From the NCBI RefSeq assembly GCF_009914755.1, contig NC_060929.1: DNA of 64,000 bases. The stretch is one strand, 5' to 3'. The notes under the pieces are model-generated. The model worked only from the letters and a program-made list of their open reading frames with translations. It searched no databases and was not told the DNA's origin. This DNA comes from the human T2T-CHM13v2.0 reference genome, Homo sapiens. Shown piece after piece: positions 1 to 15,805 of this stretch (its first letter is position 1; each line of letters starts with the position of its first letter). Both the position numbers and the translations under genes were made by a program.

Positions 1-2474
<2,474 letters not shown>

Positions 2475-2475
2475 A

Positions 2476-3227
2476 TTTTTTTTTCAAAACTGTATTCTGG
2501 TTCTCATCTAATGTTCCACTTGCTCGTCAAGATCTCATCCATTCCATAGCTTAGAATACTATTCATAATCTGACCATGCCTACATTTACATATTTGGAAT
2601 AGAAGTATATAATTCTGTTCTATACTTTGTATTTTATATAGTCATGCCCTGCATAATGACATTACAGTCAACAATGAACTGCATACATGATGGGACTCCC
2701 ATAAGCTTATAAGGTCATCATATCATATTTTTACTGTACCTTTTCTATGTTTAGATATGTTTAGATACACAAATGCTTACCATTGTGTTACAATTGCCTA
2801 CATAATTCAGTACAATACTATGCTGTACAGGTTGGTAGCCTGGGAACAATAGACCATATCATCTAGCCTAGGTGTGTAGTAGGCAATAGTCTCTAGGTTT
2901 GAATAAGTACACTCTACAATGTTTAAACAATGATGAAATTGCCTAATGACACATTTCTCAGAATGTTTTCCCATTGTTAAGCAACAAGAGCCTCTCTTGC
3001 TCTGTTTATGTACATATATGCCATCTCTATTGAATATTCTTATGTGTGATTTAAATTTAACTATCTAAAATTAAACTGAAATTTTTGCTTTGTAAGCTTA
3101 ATATATAATGAATATTTTTAAACCTCAGTTCAGAATCATAACATTTTCATCGAAATCACTCCTCTCTTGACTTTTAGTTTAGGCTGATTATTTCTCTTCT
3201 AGCTGATTTCTATAGGTTGGAGTTTTT
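2476..3227 (-). repeat. Derived inverted, permuted copy of 5337-6104
   Basis: 2476-~3085 is the reverse complement of ~5337-5950, and 3084-3227 is the reverse complement of 5961-6104. Hand counts gave 13/144 and 6/70 mismatches. Confidence 0.93.
2640..2986 (-). mobile_element. Tigger3a (MER7A-type) DNA transposon, duplicated copy
   Basis: TIR-like AGTCATGCCCTGCATAATGAC and the internal motif TTTAGATATGTTTAGATACACAAAT match the recalled Tigger3a consensus. Confidence 0.85.
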
Positions 3228-3229
3228 TA

Positions 3230-3940
3230 GGGATTACTTTTCCTTTCTTTGAAGAACAGTCTGCATTTCCAGCCTAATAGCTCTGTGATCTACTGTGGTA
3301 GTACCCAAAAAGTCTGAAAGTTTTTCTTTGTTCTTCCCACATTCTCTGTCTTCTTTAGTTCAAACTGGCAGCACTTGCCAGTGGTTAATCCCATTTCTAT
3401 TCCTGGCTTCTGCTGAAATGGTTTACTCCAGGAGTTGAACCTGTAATGTCTTTATGAAATGATTGCTCAGGCACACCTTAGTGTTGTCTCTCAGAACAAG
3501 CTTTCTCATTTTGTTCAATATAGATAGGCTGAAACATTCCCAAATATTTATGTTCTGTCTTTTGTTGTCATTGTGAAAAATGTTCTCTTCAATTCATCTC
3601 TCTCCTTTTGCATTTTACTATTAATAGTCAGAAGGATCCAAGTTGCTCTTTCAACACTTCCTTACAAATCTCCATAGCTAATTACCCTACTTCATTGCTT
3701 GCTAGTTCTACTTCCACAAAACACTAGAACACAGTTCAGCCATGTTCTTTGCCACTTTATAACAAAGATCACCTTTTCTCTAGTTTCCATAACCTATTCT
3801 TCATTTCCATGTGAGACCTCACCAGAATCACCATTAACATCCATATTTCTGGCATGTATTTCAAAACTCTTTTAGCCTCTACCCATTATCCAGTTCAAAG
3901 ACTGCTTCCACAGCAGTAACCCATTTCTCAGTACCAAAAC
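3230..3940 (-). mobile_element. MLT1 internal region (MaLR)
   Basis: Ends in CCCATTTCTCAGTACCAAA directly before the LTR. Contains MaLR-int motifs (GAGACCTCACCAGAAT, CCCATTATCCAGTTCAAAG). Confidence 0.65.
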
Positions 3941-4611
3941 CTATCTGGGTTAGTTCAGACTGCTATCACAAAACACCATAGACTGTGTGGCCTAAACAAC
4001 AGAAATTCATTACCTTATAGCCTAGAGACTGGAAGTTCCAAGATCATTGTCCCAGCCTGGTCAAATTCCAGTGAAATTTTTCATTCTTGTTTACAGGTCA
4101 CTGCCATCTTATTGGATACATATTTGTGCATATGAGGAGAGACAGCAAGTTCATCTCTTCTGATAAGGACAATCTTTATATTAGATGAAGTTTCCACCTT
4201 TACGATGCTATTTAATGTTAATCACTTTTTTTTTTTTGAGATGGAGTCTTGCACCATCGCCCAGGCTGGAGTGCAGCAGTGCAATCTCGGCTCACTGCAA
4301 CCTCCACTTCCCGGGTTCAAGCTGGGACTTTCTCAGTCTCCCGAGTAGCTGGGACTACAGGCGCCTGCCACCACACCCGGCTAATTTTTCTATTTTTAGT
4401 AGAGATGAGATTTCATCTTGTTGGTCAGGCTGGTCTCGAACTCCTGACCTAAGGTAATCTACCCACCTCAGCCTCCCAAAGTGCTGGGATTACAGGCATG
4501 AGCCACCATGCCTGGCCTGTTAATCACCTTTTTAAAGGCCCTGTCTCCAATGTAGTCACAAAGGCAGTATTAAAGCTTCAACATATGAATTTGTCTATTC
4601 AGTCTACAGCA
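3941..4611 (-). mobile_element. MLT1A-type LTR interrupted by an Alu
   Basis: TGCTATCACAAAACACCATAGACTG...AAACAACAGAAATT...AAAGGCCCTGTCTCCAA...GCTTCAACATATGAATTT. Confidence 0.75.
4226..4517 (-). mobile_element. AluS element
   Basis: Full dimeric Alu with leading poly-T. TSD TGTTAATCAC on both sides. Confidence 0.95.
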
Positions 4612-4729
4612 GATAACCATTGGACTGTATTTGTAAAATCTGAAAAATTATGTATCACATAATGACTGAGAAATCATCCTAGATCTCTCTTTCTAGGCGT
4701 TCAATAAATAATGACCTCATACTGTTAAT

Positions 4730-6060
4730 TAAACAAAGAATTGTTGTTCTAGATACTGTGTTAGGGGCCAGATATAAGTGAACAAATGAGAGCTAATTGT
4801 TGATCACTTATATTTGGTGTAATAAATACTAATAAATGAAAAACTCCCAGTGTAAGAAAAAGTGTGGGATTAGCAAAGGGTTCCCTGAGAAAATTAAAGG
4901 TAAATTGAAATCTAAATGCAGAATTGAAGTCTTGGAAGCGTTCCAGGAAAGAACAGCTCTGATAGTAATCAGCATGTGCAAAGGTGAAAAGACTAAAGCA
5001 TATTAAATGACCTGAAAGAAGACTGAATTAGAAATGACTAATTTAATTTTTAAATTCATTACTTTGGTTTTTCAAGGAAAAATAGTTTGGAATGGGACAG
5101 CGGAAGCAAAGAAACAACTTAGGAAACCATCTCCTAGACCAGCAGAGAAGGCATGGTCACTCAAAATGGGGGTGCAGAAAGATTGGGGATATAGTAAGAA
5201 TGTAGTATAATATCATATGGTAATAAATTGAATATTTATGGCATAATGGAAGTAATAAGATTAGTGACTTCCAGATTTATGGTACTCAAAACATGCATGG
5301 AGTGGTGACTTACTGTATGTAAGAGGTGGAGAATTGAAATTTTTCAGTTTAATTTTAGATAGTTAAATTTAAATCACACATAAGAACATTCAATAGAGAT
5401 TGCATATATGTACATAAACATAGAGAGAGGGTCTTCTGTTGCTTAACAATGGGAAAACATTCTGAGAAATGTGTCATTAGGGGATTTTATCATTGTTTAA
5501 ACATCATAGAGTGTACTTATTCAAACCTAGAGAGTATTGCCTACTACACACCTAGGCTAGATGATATGGTCTATTGTTCCTAGACTACAAACCTGTGTAG
5601 CATAGTACTGTACTGAATTCTGTAGGCAATTGTGACACAATGGTAAGTATTTGTGTATCTAAACATATCTAAACATAGAAAAAGTACAGTAAAAATATGA
5701 TATGATAACCTTATAAGTTTATGGGAGCACCATCGTGTATATAGTTCATTGTTGACTGTAATGTCATTATGCAGGGCATGACTATATAAATAAAATACAA
5801 AATATTGAAGAGAATTATATACTTCTATTCCAAATATGTAAATGTAGGCATGGTCAGATTATGAATAGTATTCTAAGCTATGGAGTAGATGAGATCTTGA
5901 AGAGCAAGTGGAACGTTAGATGAGAAACAGAATAAAGTTTTGAAAAAAAACACAAAAAACAAAAACTCCAACCTATAGAAATCAGGCAGAGGAGAAACAA
6001 TCAGCCTAAACTAAAAGTCAAGACAAGTGTGATTTAGATAAAAATGTTATGATTCTGAAT
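4730..6060 (-). mobile_element. Degenerate L2 (host of Tigger3a; donor locus of the duplication)
   Basis: L2-like motifs run across the Tigger3a: ACTGTGTTAGGGG, GTTCCAGGAAAGAACAGC...CATGTGCAAAGG, AAGCTATGGAGTAGATGAGATC. Confidence 0.55.
5431..5783 (+). mobile_element. Tigger3a (MER7A-type) DNA transposon
   Basis: GCTTAACAATGGG...TTCTGAGAAATGTGTCATTAGG...CCTACTACACACCTAGGCTA...GGGCATGACTA; about 350 bp. Confidence 0.88.
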
Positions 6061-6641
6061 TGATGTTTAAAACTATTCATTATATATTAAGCTCACAAAG
6101 CAAAGAGTAAAATATCGTATCTTTAATAGATTATTTTCAAATCTATCCATGCATTGAAATAATAAATTTAAGAAAAATAGTGAAGTTGATATTTGTAGGT
6201 GTTGAATTGCGAGACTTTTTTTGTTTTTTTTAAATTTTTTTGTTAAACTTATTTTATTTTCTTCATTTTCTCTACAGAATATACATTTTGTTTGTAATAT
6301 AAACATCAAATTTATTTTGAATCTAAAAGTACATTAAATGCTTGTATCTTATGAAAAGAGGAAAGGCAAATCTTGTAAGCTACTATGAAATATATAATTT
6401 AGTAAACTTGACATAAATTAGGGTCTCTCTGATTAAATATATTTATAGGTCAGTGACATACTCAGAATCTTTCTTTTAGGCTGTAATGTATATTTCTGTA
6501 TATACTATTGTTTATTTGAAAGGAAATACATTTTAATTAAAAATAATTAATTGTTTGCTGTCCAGTAAACTTTTTTTATCTCCTGGAGCAAGTAATACCA
6601 GTTTTAAAATACAAGATCAACACACAATTTTGGATAGGTAG

Positions 6642-6993
6642 TGATATGGTTTGGCTGTGTCCTCACCCAAATCTCATCTTGAATTGTAATAATCCCCACA
6701 TGTCAAGGATAGGGCCAGATGAAGATAATTGAATCATGAGGGAGGTTCTCCATACTGTTCTTGTGGTAGTGAACAAGTCTCACAAGACCTGACGGTTTTA
6801 AAAATGGGAGTTCCCCTGCACAAGCTCTCTTGCCTGCTGCCATGTAAGATGTCCTGTTGTTCTTCCTTCATCTTCCACCATGATTGTGAGGCCTCCCCAG
6901 TCATGTGAAACTGAGTCCATTAAAACTATTTTCTTTATAAATTACCCAGTCTCAGGTATGCCTTTGTTAGCAGCATGAGAATGGACTAATACA
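6642..6993 (+). mobile_element. THE1 (B/C-like) solo LTR
   Basis: TGATATGGTTTGGCTGTGT...GACTAATACA termini; 5-bp TSD GGTAG/GGTAA. Confidence 0.92.
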
Positions 6994-9319
6994 GGTAAGT
7001 TTAAGGATTTTTACATATTATTTTTATCACTAGTCTACCTTACAATGGAAAATGAGAATTTATAGGAAAAGAATGTTTTTCACATCCCTGCACTAAAAAG
7101 TATGTGCAAATAAAACACATGGTTTCAAAATGTTATTTATAATAATTATTGGAAAAAATAGAGTTTGATTCAAATATTGAATCAATATTTCAGTGTCCCA
7201 AATTTCCTCTAACCTTAGAGTTAAAATCCATTTAGTTAAGCAGATATCAGTACCTATAGAATCCACATATGCAATAGATGGTATCGTCCCATTATTAAAT
7301 TATTATATTATGAATGACTCAGGATTTCTTTCTAAATATAGTATGCAGTTGTGCTATTTATTTGAAATTCCATCTAACCTATATAGGTAAGTTATACTGG
7401 ATTTGATACAGTTAACATTTCCCTGTTTTGGAGGATTGGATTGATAATCTTTGAGTACATAGCAAGTACCAAAGTTTCAGCTGCTTAAGTCAGATAATTA
7501 CATAAAAATGGAAAAAAATGATAAAAGTGCCAGAGCCTCTGTTTGCCCCTGCTCCTGAAATGACATAAGTATTGAAAAATATGTAAAATATTAATAATGT
7601 TTAATGTCTTACTTGCTTATCTTTAGCCAGATATGAGAACAAATCCAAATTCCAAAGCAACCATTATAAAAGGTTCAGTTTTCCCTCCAGTCAGTTATTA
7701 TGAAGGATGTTGACAGTATATTATCATCATATATCTTTAAATTCTGGCAAGAACTTCATTGTGAAAAGAAGAAATTGAGTTCCACAAAACCTTTATTTAA
7801 CACAGTTTACTTATATGTTAGGATGAATTGATAAAAGTAATTCATTTACTATTATCATTTTTAAAATAGTAGACAATGATAAAATGGACACAGTTCATGG
7901 TCAAGACCTCCTTTCATCTTTTCTCTCCACCCATTAGAAAGCTAAAAAATGTCACCTGGGCATTTTTTTTTCATGCATTAAATTTCAAGCACCATTAAGA
8001 TTAAGATGCTTGGGACAGTGGATAAGAAAAGCTATTTGGTAAATGTATTAAAGCAGGTTAGTGAAAGATCTTAAGTTCTTATCTATACAAGGAGTGAGAG
8101 GGCAATAGATTATGCATTCTAACAATTAAAAATACATCTTCATTTGTTTTGCCAATTCCCCAGATTTATTCCTTAGAGGAGAAATTAAAATTATATGATC
8201 TGAAATATTCTAAAATACAAGAATAATTCTTTTTTAGTAACTTTCCATTAATTTGAAGGAAGATTTCACATTAGACAGTTTTTATTCTAGAATTATGGAT
8301 TCTGAACATCAACTGTAAAAATAGCAGAAATGCAAAATGCAGTTTTTGTCTAACCTTAATAAAATAATTAATAAAGTGTTTCAAAAATAAGTATTTTAAG
8401 GCACAATCAGTTATATAATAATGTTTGTTTCAAAAATAACATTTGTTGCAATGCAATTGATATATAGGAACAATTTAAACATAACAGATTTTACATTTGC
8501 TTCTGTGTGATTTCATTCACGAGAAATCCAAAGTAATCACTGAAAACTGTACCAAGCTGAACCCAATGGCACAGCAATACACAAACACACACACGTACAA
8601 GCTACCTCAATTCACTACGTGTGTTATGAGCCACATCCGTTCACATCTGATGTTATTAATTTCATACAACCGAACTTCAGGTAATTTTCAAGGAAAATTG
8701 ATATATTTATTAAGTATTTATGCAGTTCTTAACCTCTTAACATATACAAAACTGTACTGTCATTTTTATGGGTTTCTATTTTTTCCATAAACCCAGAATA
8801 TTTCCTTATTCATTTTTTCACAGCTGCTAATTTTTAACACTGCATATCTAGAGTTATAGGAGAGCTGACTATAGTATATTTAATGAATTAAACCTACATC
8901 ATTTGTATTTGCATAAAAAGACTGAGAATAAATAAAATTTATACTGATCTTAGGCTCTCTTGGGAATGAAAGATTAATTGGCATCATTAAACCTAGCTAT
9001 AGTATACGTTAAGTCCTTGAGCTGCACAGTTTTCTTTAAGTAGGGTATGTGTTAGTAAAAAAAGGCAATTTATAAAAGTTTTTAGATAATGTATAATAGG
9101 CCTGACTACCTAATATTTATTTTTGTTTTTTATGAGTCAAACCAAAAGATTAACTTTAAAATGTATTAATAAAATGAAACATTTAAAAATATTTTATTTA
9201 CTTAAAATTCTTTATCCCTTAACACCTAAATATATGTTCATATGTAAATGCCTATGTAAGTTCATTATACTCACAAATGTCATTGTCTCTTTGGGTTGGT
9301 GTGATATGGTGATATTTTT

Positions 9320-9810
9320 ATTCAGTATTTCTCTTTTAAATATCATAAGCTGCAAAATAAACCATTCTAAAATTAGTGGCTTAAAATAACAATAATCTAT
9401 TATTTATCATGATTTTGTGGGTTAGTTGGATGACTCCTCTCCTGTTTTGCCTGCATTTATCAGAGGATGAGCTAAGAGACTCACTTGTCTGGAAATTGTT
9501 GCTGAGTTATCAACTAGTAAAGATTGGTTCTTCTTCACATAGCTTGTAAAGATCCAGTGGATTAGCCAGTTACCTTAAACAACACTCTCAGTGCACCCCT
9601 CAAGGAGACGAAATATAAGTCATTATAAGACCAGGGCCTAAAAGATAGGACTTTACTTCTCCCACATTCAACTGGGTCCAAGCAGACAGAAAATCAATCC
9701 GGATTCAAGGGAGAATTAAGTAGACTCCATTTCCCAATGGAAGTGTAGCAAAGTCACATAATAAAAGGTAGTAGGAGGAAAATTTTTAACCATCTGTGAA
9801 AACAATAAAC
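9320..9810 (-). mobile_element. Old MLT1-family LTR
   Basis: AAATTAGTGGCTTAAAATAAC, CCGGATTCAAGGGAG and TAGACTCCATTTC...GCAAAGTCACAT motifs. Confidence 0.6.
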
Positions 9811-10219
9811 CATGAAATGCATTTCAAAATTTGTAACAGGAGAAAATTTTATAAACACCTTTTAAAAACATACAACCAGAAAGATGGATCACTATAATTA
9901 AAATAAGTAATGTGTTGAATGGTTAATGTAAACAAAACAAAATAAAAACATGAACATCTGATCTAAACTGGAATTGTGAGAACTATGATGTGAAAGAACC
10001 AATTGATGGGTGACAATTATTTTTGTAGGAAAACATATTTCTACAAAAATACATGTATTAAGGGAGGCATCTTAGAAAAATGACAGGTATGTAGCAATAA
10101 CACATGTCTCCTGTTGAGTTATGTGGAAGGAGAATGAAGTGTCTTAAGTAAATTAGCAAAGATAATTCTGTAAGGAAACAAAGGAGTTTCAACTCATTCT
10201 AAGAATACAATTCTAAACA

Positions 10220-12960
10220 TTTTTTAATTGATAAATTATACATGCATATGTTTATGGGGGTACAAAATAGTGTCATAATATTTGAATACAATGTTGAATG
10301 GTTAAACCAAGTGAGTTAACATATTTATCACCTCAAATATTTAACAATTTTATGATAAGAACTTTTGAAATTCACTCTTTTAGTGAAATTTAAATGTACG
10401 GTATTCAGTTATTAGCTTTATTCTTCATGCTGTGTAACTGATTTCAAAAAGAGGAAAAGAAATGAAATGTATTTTTCCTATCTAAGTAAGGCTTCTACCA
10501 TTTGACTGTATCCTCATTCTCCCCATGGCCCAGTCTCTGATAAATACCTGTAGTAATCTGTTTTCACACTGCTGATAAGGACATACCCAAGACTGAGCAA
10601 TTTACCAAAGAAAGAGGTTTAATGGACTTCCATTTCCACATGGCTGGGGAGACCTCACAATCATGGCAGAAGGCAAGAAGGAGCAAGTCACGTCTTACAT
10701 GGATGACAGCAGGCAAAAATAGAAAGCTTGTGCAGGGAGACCCCCAATACACAAACCATCAGATCTCATGAGACCCATTAACTATCATGAGAACAGCCCA
10801 GGAAAGACCTGCCCCCATGACTCAATCATCTTTCACTAGGTACCCCCTATAACATGTGGGAATAATAGGAATAAAAAGATGAGATTTGGGTGGGGACACA
10901 GGGCCAAACCATATCATTCTGCACCTGGCCCCTCCCAAATCTCAGATCTTCACATTTCAAAACCAATCATGCCTTCCCAACAGTCCCCCAAAGTCTCAAC
11001 TCATTTTAGCATTACCTCAAAAGTCCACAGTCCAATGTATTTTCTGAGATGAGCCAAGTTCCTTCAGCCCATGAGCCTATAAATTCAAAAGCAAGTTAGT
11101 TACTTCCTAGATACAATGGGGGGTATGGGCATTGGGTAAATACAGCCATTCCAAATGGGAGAAATTGGCCAAAACAAAGGGGCTACAGGCCCCATGCAAA
11201 GCCAAAATCTAGCAGGGCAGTCAAATCTAATGCAGGAGGTGAGTACCCATGGTCTTGGGCAGATTCATCCCTGGGGCTTTGCAGAGTATAGTCTCCCTCC
11301 CAGCTGTTTTCACCGCTGATGTTGAGTGTCTGTGGCTTTTCCATGCACACGGTGCAAGCTGTTGGTGGATCTACCATTCTGGGGTCTGGAGGACAGTGGA
11401 TCTCTTCTCACAGCTCCACTAGGTGGTACCCCAGTGGGAACTCTGCATAGGGGCTCTACCCCACATTTCCCTTCTGCACTGTCCTAGCAGAGGTTCTCCA
11501 TGAGAGCTCCACCCCTGCAGCAAACTTTTGCCTGGGCATCCAGGTGTTTGCATACATCTTTTGAAATCTAGGCAGAGGTTCCCAAACCTCAATTCTTGAT
11601 GTGTGTGCACTCACAGGCTCAACACCACGTGGAAGCTGCCAAGGCTTGAGGCTGTACCCTCTGAAACCATGGCTCAAGCTCTGCATTGGCCCCTTTCAGC
11701 CCCAGCTGGAGCAGCTAGGATGGGGGGCACCAAGTCCCTAGGCTGAACACAGCAGAGGGATCCTGGGTCTGGCCCACAAAACCAATTTTTCCTCCTAAAC
11801 CGCCAGGCCTTCGATGGGCTGCCTGAAAGGTCTCTGACATACCCTGGAGACATTTTCCCAATTGCCTTGGTGATTAGCATTTGGCTCCTTGTTACTTATG
11901 CAAATATATGCAGGCTTAAGTTTCGCCTCAGAAAATGGGATTTTCTTTTTTATCAATTTATCAGGCTGCAAATTTTCCAAACTTTTATGCTCTGTTTCCC
12001 TTTTAAAACTGAATGCCTTTAATAGCACCCAACTCACCTCTTGAATGATTTGCCTCTTAAAAATTTCTTCCTCCAGATAACCTAAATTATCTCTCTCGAG
12101 TTCAAAGTTCCAGAAATCTCTAGGGCAGGGGCAAAATGCTGCCAGTCTTTTTGCTAGAACATAACAAGAGTCACCTTTGGTCCAGTGTCCAAAAGGTTCT
12201 GAGACCACCTAAGCCTGGATTTCATTGTCCGTATCATTATCAGCATTTTGGTCAAAGCCATTCAACAAGTCTGTAGGGAGTTCCAAACTTTCCCACATCT
12301 TCCTGTCTTCTTCTGAACCCTCCAAACTGTTCCAACCTCTGCCTGAAACCCAGTTCTAAAGCTGCTTCCACATTTTTCAGGTGTCTTTTCAGCAGTACTC
12401 CACTCCTGGTACCAATTTACTCTATTAGTCCATTTTCACACTGCTGTTAAGGACATACCCAAGACTGGGCAATTTACCAAAGAAAGAAGGTTAACTGGAC
12501 TTACATTCCACCTGGCTGGGAAGGCCTCACAATCATGGTGGAAGGCAAGGAGGAGTAATGTTACATCTTATGTGGATGGTGGCAGGCAAAAAAGAGAGCC
12601 TATGCAGGGACACTCTCGTGTTTAAAATCATCAGATCTCATGAGACCCATTCACTATCATGAGAACAACACAGGAAAGACCCACCCCCATGATTCAATCA
12701 TCTTCCAACAGGTCCCTCCCACAACATGTGGGAATTATGGGAGCTACAAGATGAGATTTTGATGGAGACACAGAGCCAGACCATATCAACACTATTCTAT
12801 TCATTGCTTCCATGAGTTTAATTGTTTTAGATTTCACATGTAAGTCAGAGCATGCAGTATTAGTCTTTCTGTGTTTGACTTATTTCACTTGGTAAATGTC
12901 CGATTTCATCTACATTTTTGCAAATGACATAATTTCTTTGTTTTTAATGCTGAATTTATT
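10220..12960 (-). mobile_element. L1MA-type 3' end split by the THE1 provirus (10220-10548 and 12789-12960)
   Basis: CCCAGTCTCTGATAA / ACTATTCTATTCATTGCTTCCATGAG rejoin across the THE1 to give the L1M 3'UTR antisense sequence. Confidence 0.7.
10549..12788 (-). mobile_element. Complete THE1 (A/B-like) MaLR: LTR 10549-10916, internal 10917-12420, LTR 12421-12788
   Basis: Two homologous LTRs both end CCATATCA. THE1-int motifs lie between them. Degenerate TSD ATACC/ACACT. Confidence 0.93.
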
Positions 12961-13729
12961 ACAATAAACAGCCTCATCAACTCAGGATTTTAATCCAGAC
13001 TCAACAGATATATGTTTATGAGACAAAGTTTGAAGCCATTATTTTGGCTCAAAACTTAGTGCTTAGAACTGATTGTACAATTATTTTAAAACTGCAACAT
13101 ATATACAAATATACTATTATAAATGTAGGATAATGTGACTACTTTTTAGTAATTTGATGCTAAAACAGAAAAGCATAGTATCAGAAATATTAATGAATCT
13201 AGAAACATTAGAGAACACTTGGGAAAATATCTATCTTTTATAGGTTATTTTAAAAAGTCTTATGTTTTTTAAAATAGAGTTTAAAACTATGTTGGGATTG
13301 TGTCATTTGATTTTCATTTTAGTTTGTTTTTTCCAAAATAATTGGTAATTATATATTTGAAAAATAAGATTTATTTGTGACTTAATTAACATAATCAAAG
13401 ATATAGTACATATTTTCTTTGTAAGATATCAAGTTTTTGATATGTCATTCTTGTGCCTAGGTAAATTTTAATTTAAATGGGTCAAAGCTGACAGTAGAGG
13501 GTCAGAAATTTCAATTCCTAACTGACATAACTGCAAATATTTTATTAGAATTTCAAAGATAAAAATGTATACTTCAGACATCTCCTTGATAGACATGACT
13601 TAAAATTTTTTGCCTATTGTAACAAAAATTTGTGCTGATGTTGCAAATATTTCTACAATTTATAAATGTCATTTTAGTTATATTCTTTCATATTTTGAAA
13701 GTAAAAGATGATGGGTAACAATTCACTTG

Positions 13730-13830
13730 CGCTTGACAGCGTAGGGAAAATGGAAGAGAGGCTAAATGATTCCAAGGTCAAAGGGCTAGTGGCAGACCTG
13801 GAACAATATCTATGCTACATTTTCTGTAAT
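13730..13830 (-). mobile_element. MIR fragment
   Basis: AGAGAGGCTAAATGATTCCAAGGTCA...GCTAGTGGCAGA resembles the MIR core. Confidence 0.45.
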
Positions 13831-14689
13831 TTTCCCTGAATATACATTAAAACTGACAATACTGTCAAACTTTATAAATATCATGAGCCTCTGATACAGA
13901 ATATAAATATCCATAATTTTTCTACCCAACTGGGCAATTTTGTTCTCCATAAAGTTATATACATACGTGTTTGCCTAAATATTTATTTTAAAGTTTTTTT
14001 TTCTGAGCTTCTCTTCCTGTCTTGAATGAATCTTCCTGCGCACTTAACAAAGGGAGAATTTGGACTCAAAGACAGTTTTATATCCAGCATTAATAAACAC
14101 AAAGAAATTTAAAAATTCACTAAAATTCTTGATAATTCATTTTGAACTTAACTGCTTTTGGATTTCTTATATTTCATTATTTATGTTGAATTGTAAAGCA
14201 CTTAGTAACTTTGGTCCTTACCTAATCACTCTAGCAGGTCCTTGGCTTACTGTATGTAGGTCAGTGTCAGTGTTTCAACTCTATTAAATGGAACATGTTT
14301 ATCATTAATATATTCAATGGTATAAAGTTAATAGAAACTGATTCAAGATAAATTAATCTCAAAAATAATAATGTAATGTATAAGAAGAAAATGGAATGCC
14401 TACATTTGCTTTTTAGTAAAAGGCAATTTTTAATATAAGCAATGGGTGTGTTCTCTTACCAATGAGTGATCAAGCCATTCTCTCTGCATAGGACAATCTC
14501 TATTCTTAGTTTAATGAGTATTAGTTGTTTTATTTCAGTAAACCTTGCACACTTTTTATTTTTCATAACAATATTTTGAGTCCTTAAGAACATCCCACCA
14601 TTTCTTTTTCTATTATTGTAAGAGTGACCAATCCAATTTCCCAGATTCAAGAGTGAATCATTTACCTAGACTTGGACAGTAATATTTTA

Positions 14690-14805
14690 AATTTTATCCC
14701 TTACAAAAATATTTATGGAGTGCCTACAATGTGAAAAGCAGTTTTTTAAGATGTTTGGGGTACAGTGCTGTAAAAAGATATGACCACTGATCTCATGAAG
14801 ATTAT
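14690..14805 (-). mobile_element. L2 3' end fragment
   Basis: AAATATTTATGGAGTGCCTACAATGTG...TGGGGTACAG. Confidence 0.55.
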
Positions 14806-14809
14806 GTGT

Positions 14810-15185
14810 ATTGTATTAGATGTGCATTTTACTCTTTTTGCCTATTTCCAACCCTAGCTGTAGTTTCCAGAATGGGCATTTGATTCAAGCTAGGCAAATG
14901 AGATGAAACCCTGAAATTTCTCATGGAAACATGGGAAAATGAGATGACCTTGGTCATTCTATTTATTGTTTGTATGACAGAATATAAGCCAATGTTCTTA
15001 CAGCCACACAGTAAGAGGCTGGCTAAATGGAGACGACTGGAGAACAGTCAGCTGGATCTAGCTTTTCCTGAGAACTAAAATTCAGCTCTGTTCTCTAAGA
15101 CATTGTTTTCTTCTCCTCCTTCTTCTTCCTTTTTAGCAAAAAGCAGTTGAATTAAACTGTTTTTACTTGAAACTGACACATTTGG
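14810..15185 (+). mobile_element. Possible ancient MLT1J/K-like LTR
   Basis: TGATTCAAGCTAGGCAAATGAGA and GCTGGATCTAGCTTTTCCTGAG motifs; weak match. Confidence 0.35.
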
Positions 15186-15682
15186 TGAGTATAGAAGCAG
15201 AGCAAAAAGGACTTAATGACATAATTTCAGTGTGGAATGACCCCAAGTACCACAACTAAATGTGCCCAGTCTTAGAGTCTTGTTTTTGCAAATGCCCATT
15301 GCACAGACTCTCCTCTGCATGGTACAGGAAGCAAATGCTATTATTTGTCTCTGCACGCTTGCCTTTTCTATGCTTTTTTCCCTGACTAAATCCTTTCAAT
15401 TCCCAGATAACTTAATCTTCATTAAGATATATAAATCATTTCATATTAAATTTGAAGTCACTTAAAGTTTTATATTTTTTAATATTTTATTTTCCCCCAT
15501 ACTACACAGATATATTAATGTTTTAAAGTTTCATATTTAATGTGATTTTGCACTTTATGCTCTGGTTTCTATTGTACTTATTTCTTAGTTTAACTCATTA
15601 ATTGTATATATTTCTTGCCAGAGTTTGCAAGCCTTTTCAAGGGATGACATTTCCTGTAACCCTTATAGCAACTTCAACACTC

Positions 15683-15805
15683 TTTATTTTCCAGCTTTAT
15701 TGAGGTATTACAGACAAATTAAACCATATATAAGATTTCCAACATGATGGTTTGATGTATGTGTACATTGTGAAATGATAACCACAGTCACACTAACATA
15801 ACCAA
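15683..15805 (-). mobile_element. L1MA/MB 3' terminal fragment
   Basis: CCAGCTTTATTGAGGTA...TACATTGTGAAATGATAACCACAGTCA. Confidence 0.6.

Noticed and set aside
2640-5783. Two Tigger3a copies as independent insertions or as the TIRs of a composite transposon
   Set aside because: Identity extends well into non-Tigger flanks and both copies share the same eroded end, so they derive from the local duplication.
7165-7190. Overlapping 9-bp palindromes; also 10019-10050 and short tandem duplications at 24121, 26334 and 53894
   Set aside because: Short and AT-rich; expected from chance or ordinary slippage.
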